Source: Bigelowiella natans CCMP2755 (Eukaryota > Protista > Cercozoa). From it: 53,656 bases of DNA. The notes beneath the pieces are model-generated. The model was not told the origin of the DNA. It saw only the letters and a program-made list of their open reading frames with translations, and did no database searches. The position numbers were made by a program, and so were the translations under genes. The stretch is from NCBI GenBank assembly GCA_000320545.1, contig ADNK01002453.1:1-53656 (forward strand), given 5' to 3'. Below are positions 39,370 through 50,860 of this stretch, piece by piece (the first letter of the stretch is position 1; each line of letters begins with the position of its first letter).

Positions 39370-40130
39370 GCTGCTACACTAGTAAGCTAACAACGTTATC
39401 TCGGTCTAGCGTTGTAATTGCATTGCCAATCATTCCATCTGATGTGCATGCGCACACAGAGCTAGAATCATTTGTACGTGTCCATATGGATGTAACACTC
39501 ATGTGTTTGACGGTGGTGCGCGCATGAATTATACAATCAACATTTGTGTCTACACATACCATGCATGAACACTTTCTAGCTTTGCTAGCATGGACCTTGG
39601 ACATGCTAACATGTACATACTAGCGCATGTGAATTGACACGTGCGCGCTGGAACCAAAACATTCGAATCAATAAGGCGCGTGGCGATGAAAGCAAAAAGA
39701 ATTAATGAAGCAATCTTGATGCAATCAAATGTACGTTGCTAGCGCCCCATTTCCATGCAACGGCTGTGCGACTTATTTGCAAGCTTGATTAGTTCAATTA
39801 CATTCAGGCCTAGTTGGCAATGTGCATTCCAATCTTTAGCTAGCTAGTGCAATAGACTGTCTAGCTGTCTAGCTGCTCCACGCAGCTGCAGCAAAATGCT
39901 AGCGTAGCTGTTTGATGACAAACATAGCAACATGAACACGATGTGTTTGTTGTAAGATGTGTGTCGCACGTATGTCACATTACTAGATAACATTGTCTAC
40001 AATTGTGTCGCTTCGCCAGAAAACGTAGATGATTGACGTTTGATCACAACACTGCCCCATTCAACATTAAAATAATACTACGCATAACACGCACAGTGCA
40101 ATGATTTTGCGCTTGAAGCAGTATGCATGA
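39370..40130. other. CTAG/CATG/TGCA-rich tract 4, between the converging OTU and clpC genes
   Basis: About 14 CTAG by eye; tagctagctag at 39837-39847. Confidence 0.78.
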
Positions 40131-40321
40131 ATAGCAAGGTGCACCCACTTTGGATCGAATGCATGCAGCGACTCGATATCGGACTCTATGTGTGTGTGTG
40201 TGTAAACTTGTATCAATACTACATCTTTAGATCATTAAAAAGCCGCATCATTCCAGCGTGGGCCCGCCACATAGCTGCAAGCCTACGTTACGATTGCGAG
40301 ATAAAAGCAGAGCTACGACGA

Positions 40322-41425
40322 CTATTCAGTCTTGAAGTTCAAATCGCCCTGTTCCGAAATATCAACCTCCACCTGCAAATGATGATAAACAGCAATCAAC
40401 GATGCACTGCGTGCACACAGCTCTTAAAAAAAAAATAAAAACACGACCACTTACAGACTCGAAACAGCTCACAAGATGAGAAAGAATGGCATCATGCACG
40501 CATCTGCGCTTCCACGTACATTTTGGCCGTCCACGATTTCTCCAAGAAGCATCTTCTCTGCCAAAGAGTCCTCGAGGCAGCGTTTCACAGCGCGTTTTAA
40601 AGGCCTTGCCCCGAAAATAGGGTCAAATCCTAAATCGAGGGGAATTGACGAATCAACGAAGAGATAAGGGGAAGATGACGACGCTGGTGATGATCACACC
40701 AACATTCTTCATCACAACGAATTTTCACGCGCGCGCGCGTGTGCAAGTGTAAGTGAAAGTGTCCAGTGCGAGCAAACATGCTTGTGTGTGTGGTTGCTGG
40801 AGGAGAGGGGGATGAATCAACCAAGACACACAACGCTGCTAACAATTTACCCTCACTGACGAGGTAGTCTTTAAAACTGTCGCTAACTGAAAGCGAGACG
40901 TTACGGTCCATCATGCGCTCGTACGTGTCTTCCAGCATCAGCTCACAGATACGTCGCACCTATAACCATTTAACGTACCAAATCAACGAGTGCATCCTGT
41001 TATCTGGGGACATACACCACTGGCATTATATATCTAACCCTAAATGCAAACTGAATCATGCCGAAACCGGCGACTCTCTCTCTCTCCTCCCCCCTCCTCC
41101 TCTTCCTCTTTCCCCACCACCTCCATTTGCTGCAGAGGTCTGAACACAATCACTTCGTCCAGTCGGTTAAGAAATTCCGGGCGAAATCTGTTCTGAAGTT
41201 CGCCGAAGACTTTGGTCTTTATGCGTTGGTACTTGGCCTCGACTTCAGCAGGTTGCTGCTCCGCTTCGCTCTGAGAACATCATTTTTGGCGTGATGACGA
41301 GGACGCGGGGGGGGGGGGGAGGGGGGGCTGGGAGAACACACGTGCACGCATTTCGTCCACCTTTGCTACTTTGAATGTCGGCCTTGACTCTTTATTCCTA
41401 AGTTTCTCGTTCTCGATTTGTAGCC

Positions 41426-41458
<33 letters not shown>

Positions 41459-41508
41459 CGTATTACCATGCAAAAATATCGCGACGGTCACCTTTCATTT
41501 CCACACGC

Positions 41509-41553
<45 letters not shown>

Positions 41554-41620
41554 TTGGTGTTGTAGTCGAGCTCCTGCTTCAGAGCAGGGTCCCCGGCGAA
41601 ACCCCTCACTTTCCCCCCCC

Positions 41621-41663
<43 letters not shown>

Positions 41664-43482
41664 ACAATATACATACTGTGATGTTGAGAACCGTTCCATG
41701 AATTCGGACATATCCAATAGTATCATAGCGTCCTGATTTACCATTTATATTGACAAGTAGTAGGGAGGGAGGGGGAGCGGTGGGGGGGGGGAGAGGGAGA
41801 GAGAGAGAGAGAGAGAGAGGGGGGAGAGAGAGAGAACATAATCATGAATAAAGAATTGTATTGAAGTTGAGAAATATCAGAGAAAATAAACTAAGGAATC
41901 ACTTCTTCCTGGTAATTGAAGCACTTTTTTTTTCCCATCATGTACCATTTACAATAACAACAACAACAACAACAACTTAACACTAATGATAACCACCATC
42001 ATCATCCCTATCATCGCTCTCCTTTCACTATCATCTATCATTATTCTCATCATCATCAGCAGCAGCATCTTAATCGAAGGCACGGGCTCTGCGCATGATC
42101 ATCACCTTGCTTCCAAAGTAGGAGTCAGCAAGGGCCTTCGCCAGCTCTGTCTTTCCCACCCCAGTTGGGCCTTGAATACACCACGAGGATACATCGGTCA
42201 TAAGACCGTATAGCAGCGGTCAAGATATAATGCCTCTACACAATGGCGCTGCATGTGTTATTCCATGTGGTAGTCGTGCAGAGTTTGTATGGTTAGCTAC
42301 CAGAGAAGATGAAGGACGCGACAGGACGATGAGGGTCTTTGAGTCCCATACGAGATCTGTGATGATGATAACGATGAGGAGGAGGAGGAGGAGGAGGAGG
42401 AGGAGGAGAAGGAGGAGGAAGACAGCGATAAAGGTGATGAGGTATAACTTTACGAATCCTAATGACGTTCTTCCACACGCTTTTAGGTAGGCAAATCGCA
42501 CGGCACGATATCGTATCATCATCATCATCATCAACATCATCGTCGTCGTCGTGTTCTTTCTTCTTCACACCTTCGGATAGCCTTTGAAATAGAAATCACC
42601 TAATAAAACAGACAGCACCAATACAAATGCTTCAAATGTGATAATGATGACGATGATTATTATGATGATGTGGTGGTGAGGGAAGTAGAGCCGCAGAAGC
42701 AGCATGTGAGAGAATAAAGAGTAGAGGCAAATAACCAGTATTTACCGGCTGCTTTTGTCCAATGACTCGGTCGCCTTTACACATAATAACAATAATAATA
42801 GTATCAATAATAACACACACTATGCAACACAGAACGTGAATATGCAGAAGTACAAGGATGGAATACGACATTGAAACAGCAGCCCAACCATAGAGCTCTT
42901 CAAGTACAAAAAGAGGCAGTAGTCGTACACAAGACAAGGCCTTTCTCCGTCATCATTAAACATATGCCGTATTGACCAGTGACAGATCTCATTATCATCT
43001 TCGTCATCATCATTATCATCATCATCATCATCATCATTATCCATCGATGCGTTATTGTCCGCTCGAATCATCGTCAACAATGTGGGCCATTTTTAAAGAT
43101 TTCATCTACACCATCTTCATCATCGTTTTAACGATGAGAGAACATTTTAAGTTATTCTCTCACCCAGTGATGACTCGAGGTTCATTAATCGCTCAGTTTC
43201 GTCATCATCCACCGCCTCTAGTGGAATACCAGTCCATTGTGACACGACTGATGAAAGGGGGGGGGGGGAGAAGGGGATGGAAGGTAGAGCATAAGTGCTG
43301 CTGCAGCATGGATAAGTTACTACTACTAGTACCTCTAGCAATCTCTTCCGATGATACTATAGGAATTTCGTCATCACGTGTTAAAGAAGCAGCTGATATG
43401 TGCAAACAACATCAGAACAGCAGCGAGAAACAGTAACATTGTGTTAGCCTTTGCATTAGCCTTTCATGAATCTGTGAATGCC

Positions 43483-43523
<41 letters not shown>

Positions 43524-45704
43524 GTGTAAAGATTGTGCTCAGACTTGCCACGCTCTATTTATTCTATATATTGTAAAACCCAGATGATGATACGTAACAA
43601 GTGCCAATGGGAAGAGAAGAGGTGGGGGGGGGGGGGGGGGGAAATTAGTGTCTTCAATTGAGGAAGAAGATGCGACAACTGCTGTGGAACTTGCGCTGAG
43701 AAACATCAACTTGTCACTTTTTTACTGAGGACAGAGGAAAAAATTGCAAAAGCACACACACACACACAACCACACACACACTATAATATATTTTTAGTAT
43801 TATTTACTGACGTTGGGGATGCATTTTCCGATCTCATAATGTTCTCCTTCGCCATGGTGAATCTGACCAATCAAACCAAATCATGGGTAAACCTATGTGT
43901 ACCCAAGCCTTACATAGCACGACTAGTAGCACCATCAGCACGATCCATTCATCAACGGATAGGTGACATATGCTCAAATCTTCATTCATTCAAAAGGTAG
44001 TCGCACTTACTGGGAGAAAGATCCTGCCTCGTCAATAAGATCGATCGCCTTTCCGCATACAATATCATATTCATATATTTAGTTTGCTTCATCACCGTTC
44101 CGTTGTTTGTGTAATGGCTAATGTGGTGCTAGCAGCATGAAACCAAACCTTATCGGGTAGGTATCTGTCTCGGATGTAGCGGTGAGAAAGCTGCGCCGCG
44201 GATTCTAAGCTCGCGTCGGAGAACATCACCTAAGACAATCACCGACCTTTTCATCACCATTATTATCATCATCGCTATCATCATTTTCATCATTATTATC
44301 ATTGTCGGGTGGTCATCGTCGCACCGTATTGTAAACTATACCAAATGAAGGAGAAGAACAAGTGAAAGTAAAAACTTGAAGGGGAGAAGAGTAATGTATC
44401 ATACAAAAGGTTCTGGCACTTCGTTATCATGAACGAACACTAGTATCTTCCTTGCAAGGGAATTTCTAAAGGACAACGCTACTGGAAGATCTATAATCTG
44501 CTGCTGTTTTTCCACACCCCATGATGTTCTTCATATCGAGGTCGGATTCCTCTCAATATCTCCAGCGTCTCATCAACTGACAAACACAGGAAGTGCCAAT
44601 ATAAAAAATGTGATGCTGCTGCTGCTGTGCATTTAATAATCAAATAATTTCTTTGCCTTCAACTCCAACAGCAATCAATAGTAGCATACACTTTCTTAAA
44701 ATGCTATTTGTGCTGCTGTTTGTGCGTCTCTGCTACTACTACAACAACAACAACTACTACTACTACTACTACTACTACAACCTGATGCCTCCTCCACCAT
44801 CACAGGTTGGAAACGTCGTTCCAACGCCTTGTCCTGGTAGGGGGAGAGAATATAACGATGCCGACATAAGACTCATCCTTGTAGAAATGAAAAGGAGAGA
44901 AAGGGAGGAGGGGGGGGGGGTGAACGATTTGGGTGTTTCGGTAGGTTACCTTCTCGATGTTTTGGCGGTATTCGTCAATTGTTGTAGCGCCTGATTGATG
45001 AGTAGTAGTAGGTGTGAATGCGAATTCAAAGCATGCTCTTCATCTGCTGATAACGATGAGGATGATGATGGTGATGATGATGATGATGACGATGATGATG
45101 ACAACAATAACGACGATGACCTTACTTACCGATTATTTGTATTTTGCCTCGGGCAAGTGCAGGTTTGAGCAAGTTTGCGCTATGAAAATGAAAGGGGGGA
45201 GGGGAGGAAGCTCGTGAAGGAATGGAGAGAGAGGCGACGATGCTGATGGGAAGAACGTTTAGAACATACTACTTTATGCTGGTACTCACCCATCGATAGC
45301 GCCATCTGCTGCAGCACCCGAGCCAACAATGGTGTGGATTTCATCAATGAATAGGATAATGTCCCCACTTTGCTTCACCTATCGATGATATTATGAATGC
45401 TGAAGATGATGATCACAACAACGCTCACCAGTGTGCTGCTTTCACTGCGTATCGTTGTTATTATCTATCGTCACCTTCCCCGTCATCATTATCATCATTA
45501 TCATCATTGTCATCATTATCATCATTATCATCATTATCATCATTATCCCTGTTATCATCATCATCATCGTCGTCATCTGCGGCGGTGCGAAAACTGTTGC
45601 TTACTAACCTCATCGAGAATGGATTTGAACCTTGGAAGATGATGATGATAACGTCGGCACAGCGTAGGATGATGACAATCATATATCCAAACAAAATAAA
45701 TAAA

Positions 45705-45746
<42 letters not shown>

Positions 45747-46564
45747 AGTGGTGAGGAAGATGCTAGTCGCTCATGATGGTGAATTATATGGCATTTTGCT
45801 GAAGCTTGGGTTCTATAACTCGCAATGGGTATGAAACGATTTGAAAGGCCTCGTTATATCTTGATTGGATTACTCCTCCCTACTACTACTACTACCACTA
45901 TTACTACATCTCCAACAACAACAAGAAGAAGAAGAAGAAAAAGAAGAAGCAGATATGCACACACATGCATCCTCATACCTTTCCTCAAACTCTCCTCGGT
46001 ACTTTGTCCCTGCCACAACAGCAGCAAGGTCTAGCGAAACAACCTAACACGATGATGATGGTGGTGGTAGTGAGGGTAGTGAGGAGGAGGAGGAAGAGGA
46101 TGATAATGATGATGATGACAAAAAGAGAGAACAATTACACAACATTTTTCCAATACTACATTATAATATTCAAAACAAACAAGCGTATGAATGAGATTAT
46201 GGACGCTACTTTCTACGTACAGGCGTTCCTGGATCATCATCAACGTGCTCACTACCATCGTCATCATCATCATCATCAACAACAACAACGACTACCCGTT
46301 TTCCTGATATTCTTGGAGGAACCTTTCCGTCCACAATGAGTTGTGCTAAAGCCTCTGCAACTGCTGTCTTTCCCACACCCTTAAAAGCAGCAGCATTGGT
46401 AGCATTAGTAGCAGTAAGAGTATTATATAGCGTAAATGGTGATGGGTATTATACTATGTGTAAAGAGAGGCACCAGGTTTGCTGTATTGTTCGTGTGTTT
46501 TTCTTTGTACGTGACGTGACTCGTCGTGTATCACCAGCATGAGGATATGAGCGCAGCAGCGTCC

Positions 46565-46600
<36 letters not shown>

Positions 46601-47898
46601 ATCTTTCCTACTACCGGCTCTCCGATAAGACACGGGTTGTTCTTCATTCGTCGCACCAGTATCTGCATTGCCCTTTCAACCTGCAATGATGATGATGATG
46701 ATGATGATGACGACGAGGAGGAGGAGGAGGTGGTGGTGGTAGTGATAAGAATCACAATATTTATCTAGGGTAGTCATCATTCATTATATAGCTCAGCTAC
46801 AAGCAATGCCCTTCATTGACATGTTTGGTCAATACTTATATACTGCTCCTCCGAGAAAACTATATTGTTTTGTGGATCATCATCGTCATCATCACAGCGA
46901 TGACGATGGTGATGAGAGGGCAAAACATCTGCTGTTACTACTCCTGCAACTACAACTACAACAACTACTACTACTACTACTACTACTACTGCTTTTACTA
47001 CCTCTTTTGTGCGGCCGACAACGGGGTCAAGCTCCCCATTGCGAGCCATAGCCGTCAGATCAACAGAGCATTTCTAAGATATCACACAACAACAACAACA
47101 ACAAAATAACGGTTGGTTATCATATGCAACATCGAAACGCCGCGCTGATGCGCCAATTCCTTGAATTTTCCTCTCTATTCTTTGGACTTCGTGATAATGA
47201 TAATAGATATTTGCCATAAGTGTGTTGTTGTTTAGAGCAGCCGTACCTCCAACGTTGGTACTTGCACCGCCTCTCCCGCACCGACAGTGGCAAGATCGGA
47301 TCTTAAAGTAGTAGTAGTAGTAGTAGTAGTAGTAGAAGAAGAAGAAGAAGAAGAAGAAGAAGAAGAAGAAGAAAAAGAAGAAAAAGAAGAAGAATATTAT
47401 ATTGGTAACGTCATGTTATATAGACTGGGGGGAGAGGGGGGAGGAGAGGAAGGGTGATTCCAGATGATTTTGGATACATTTTGAGTTAAGTCATCATCGT
47501 TATCGTACCTTCCAGCTCTTTCTAATTCCCCTTTCAACTGAGAAGTAATGCATAGTAGCAATGTCGTTGACACAGTAATTTATTAGAACAATGCATCAGC
47601 TTTTAGCATTATTATCATCATCATCATTATCATCATCGTCATCATCATCAATATCATCTTCATCGTCGTCATTGCTGTATTCACTATCATCACGAGCACT
47701 ATACGCATCAGGGCAGTAGGTAGCATCATTGACCATCTTTAAACCACCCAAATCATCACAATGCGCGCACTTTCTGCGCAACAGTAAAGAGTCACCTTTT
47801 CAAACTCAACCCCAAGAGCTTCTAGCGCCTGGGTATTAGCATCCTGCTCTCGAAGCATACCTGTGGTGGTTGTTGTCGTTATTATCAAAAAAAGAATA

Positions 47899-47931
<33 letters not shown>

Positions 47932-48562
47932 CCTTCTCATTGCTTTCACGCCGATTTGAGGTAATGGCGAGCTCATACAGTAGCATCTAATCGCTATTTT
48001 TGTAATCTGGCTATTTTTTTTATTGATAATGATGATGGTTATGTTTCTCGGATGCAAAGCGGGATGAGCACCCTCTCCCCCCTCTCTTTCATGCTACCTA
48101 ACACCATGAGCTCGGTGCCAATCTGGGGCAGACCCTGTTGGTACATTCACGGATATAAGCGAACATAGTTGTGTAGATTATCACAATATGTGGTGATTAT
48201 ATGCAAGAAGCATCATCATACACAAATGTTCTTAAAGACATGTAAATACAATCTATTAATACTTATACCGTGAAGTAGTAGCTGTGTGTGTGTGTGTGTG
48301 TATTTGTGGAACCCCATATGGTGGGTGTCTTCCAAAGCTATCATCCATGCATGTGCTTGATAATAGAAACAATAGCAATAGCAACAACAGTACAGCGCTC
48401 GCAACTACCATATCTTTCGATTGTACAGATGCGCGTTGGAACACACGTTTCACACCTATACAAAACAGATAGAGCAGCAGTTAACAGACGTTTCGCTGTA
48501 GTAAAGCCAACTTTTCCATCCACCACATCAAATCACAAATGTACGTGTAGTCATCAAGGGCA

Positions 48563-48598
<36 letters not shown>

Positions 48599-49865
48599 AA
48601 CTACCATCTGAGAAAGGAACATCGGTGGTGGTTCTCTTCTTTTCGGATGTTGCTGCGGAGTTCCCTCCTCCAACATTTCTCAATGGGTTCCAGACGCCTC
48701 CTCCGCCACCCGTATTCGCTACATTTGCTTCGAGATATGACAATCGCACTTAGTGAGTGAGTTTTTGTGTCGCTCATCACTGCAAGAAAATCTAGTCAAA
48801 ATAGATATGGTACCTGATGCTGCAGCATTCGTTCGTATTCCAGGGTTAAGGTTTTCTAGCATGTCTACGTATTTCTCCTTCGTTACACCAAAGTCCTCCT
48901 GAAGATCGAATGCACGGCAGATGTTAGGAGATCGATTCTATCTTCAATGTATCGCCATATCGTTGCACAAGTATTTATATTATTTGAAGCAATTCAGTCG
49001 TCGCATTCACTAAGCAGCTTATCACCTTCAATACTCTCGTAGCACCTGATGATATGTAAATAAAAATTAAAACAATAACCAATGTAATCACAGGCAAGTG
49101 AGATAGTGGATTCAAGGAAGTGCTGTCAGTGCCGATTGAATGAGTCACCTCCCGAGTCTTCCTTCATAATAGCGATCAAAAGCTCATGCGTGTTAACCTG
49201 TGAAATTCATCACGAATTAGCACATTACTTGCTTCGAGCAAACACACAGTCATGATAATGATTTATTCGGGTTTTGTGAAGTAACGGCACCTCCTCCATA
49301 TCAAGCTTTAGAACCTCGTCTTGCGCGTTGATGACGGCACGTACAGCCTCGTCATTGAATCGTTCAAAGACGTTCACTGCAACTTGCCGATGATGTCGTT
49401 CCTAACAAATAATGAGGATGCTGAGGACGAAACAGCGAGTCTCACCACCATGGTTAGTGGTTTAGACAGAGCAGAATATTTTTCATAACGTATTCATAAG
49501 GACATAAGCCGTTTCAAAAAAATAAATAGCCATCGGAAGAGGAAGGAAAGATGAGCAACTACCTTCATTAAACCGCGTGTTAGGCGATTGTGTGGAAGCT
49601 TTCCGTCCATCGTCATCATCCGTCTTCCATGGAAAGGTGCGTACTCTACCGACCCTCTCTTCAAACCCTTTCCTATCGTCGTCATTCCCGTCATGACTCC
49701 TGGAAAGAGGCGGTCGTTGACTGCTCCTCGAACGAAGCTCTGGCTCGTCCCCTGAATGTTAGGCTTTGTTGAATTTCCGGCAATGTAGACACCGAAGAGG
49801 CCTGCAGACAGCAGACAACAAGCCGCCCACACTCTAAGATACGACGAGATCCCAGATCTCCGCAT
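40322..49865 (-). CDS. clpC: ClpC-type Hsp100 AAA+ chaperone with a bipartite plastid-targeting leader; D2 core exons missing in this assembly
   Basis: Clp N-domain [19 protein letters not shown]; LDPVVGR; Walker A1 [18 protein letters not shown]; [13 protein letters not shown]; Walker B1 LFIDEIHT; [11 protein letters not shown]; Walker A2 [16 protein letters not shown]; [15 protein letters not shown]; [10 protein letters not shown]. Ends [16 protein letters not shown]. Confidence 0.9.
41613..41663. repeat. Poly-C tract (poly-G on the clpC sense strand)
   Basis: 51 nt of C interrupted by a single T. Confidence 0.95.
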
Positions 49866-50860
49866 TGTGCAGTACAGCCGCGTTTTTGTGGCTCCTGTGA
49901 CAACGTGGGTGGCGGAAAGGCGATTGGGTGGTGCAACAAAGCAGGAGAAGCTCCTCCAGCTGAGCAAACTTGCCGAAAAGGGACCTTATTTATCAAACTA
50001 CGACATCATTATTTCCTTGTCGTACCTTTTGTTGATACTCGGATTTTTCGACCTTTACAAAGTCTGACTATCCGTTTTCAGTTTAAGTTCTGGCCACCCT
50101 TTCAAACGTAATTGTTATCAATTGTCTTTAATGGTATGCGACAATAAAATCACCGTATTTTTTCCAGCAACGTGATGAATTTACGACATTTAGCCTCACC
50201 AAAAAATAATAGCAAATGATCTTTTCTCCTTTATGGGCACCGGGTTTCGGCTTGAAAAGTCATAACATGTTTTTAATGACCGTCAACAATATTCATCAGT
50301 CGTATCATCCAAAAAGGAGGGATAATTTTCTCGTGGAACCTGTCTCAAGCCATTGGTACCACGGAGAAAACAAGAGCGACTCGCGGAAAACATAATGATC
50401 CAAGCAAAATCCAATCCCAGACGTAGCTACGACACAAACAGTCCCTCTTCCAAAAAGGATTTCACCATGTAGTGCGATCGGGATCCATTTGTGAATTACG
50501 ACAGCTAAAAGAATATTTATCTCATGAAAAACGTCGTTCTTCGACAATGCTTGAGGAACTCGTAGCGAACAACAAATTAACAAATATCCATCAAAGCGAC
50601 ATCACCGGTCTTTCGGGTTGCTTGATTCTTGACACTTTCCCACACGATAATAAACCAAAGCTAAAACCAGAAATGTACTCAGCCCTGTGACGGCGTGTCA
50701 TAAATTTGGATCCGAACAATCCTCGAAGTGAGAGGAAGAATATGGGAATATATCAATGGATATTTAGTCGTATCCCTGCGGAAAACCTATCCTGGATTTT
50801 GCAATCTGCGACAACACCTTTTCGCACTCCGTACACACGTCATCGGCGGCGGCGGGCAGA
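49866..50860. promoter_or_regulatory. Head-to-head promoter gap (clpC/TM9SF3) with 9 TGTCG/CGACA motifs
   Basis: CGACA at 50001, 50139, 50184, 50430, 50499, 50542, 50597 and 50809; TGTCG at 50018. Confidence 0.6.

Noticed and set aside
10400-40130. The four CTAG tracts as copies of one MITE or transposon
   Set aside because: I saw no terminal inverted repeats, target-site duplications, transposase or RT motifs, or alignable similarity among them. Ancient decayed elements cannot be excluded without BLAST.
50170-50690. Possible small gene or C/D snoRNA (GTGATGA near 50172; ORFs 50305-50583 and 50472-50690)
   Set aside because: There is no box D or terminal stem at a suitable distance. The ORFs have no recognisable motifs and the region carries the promoter motif throughout.
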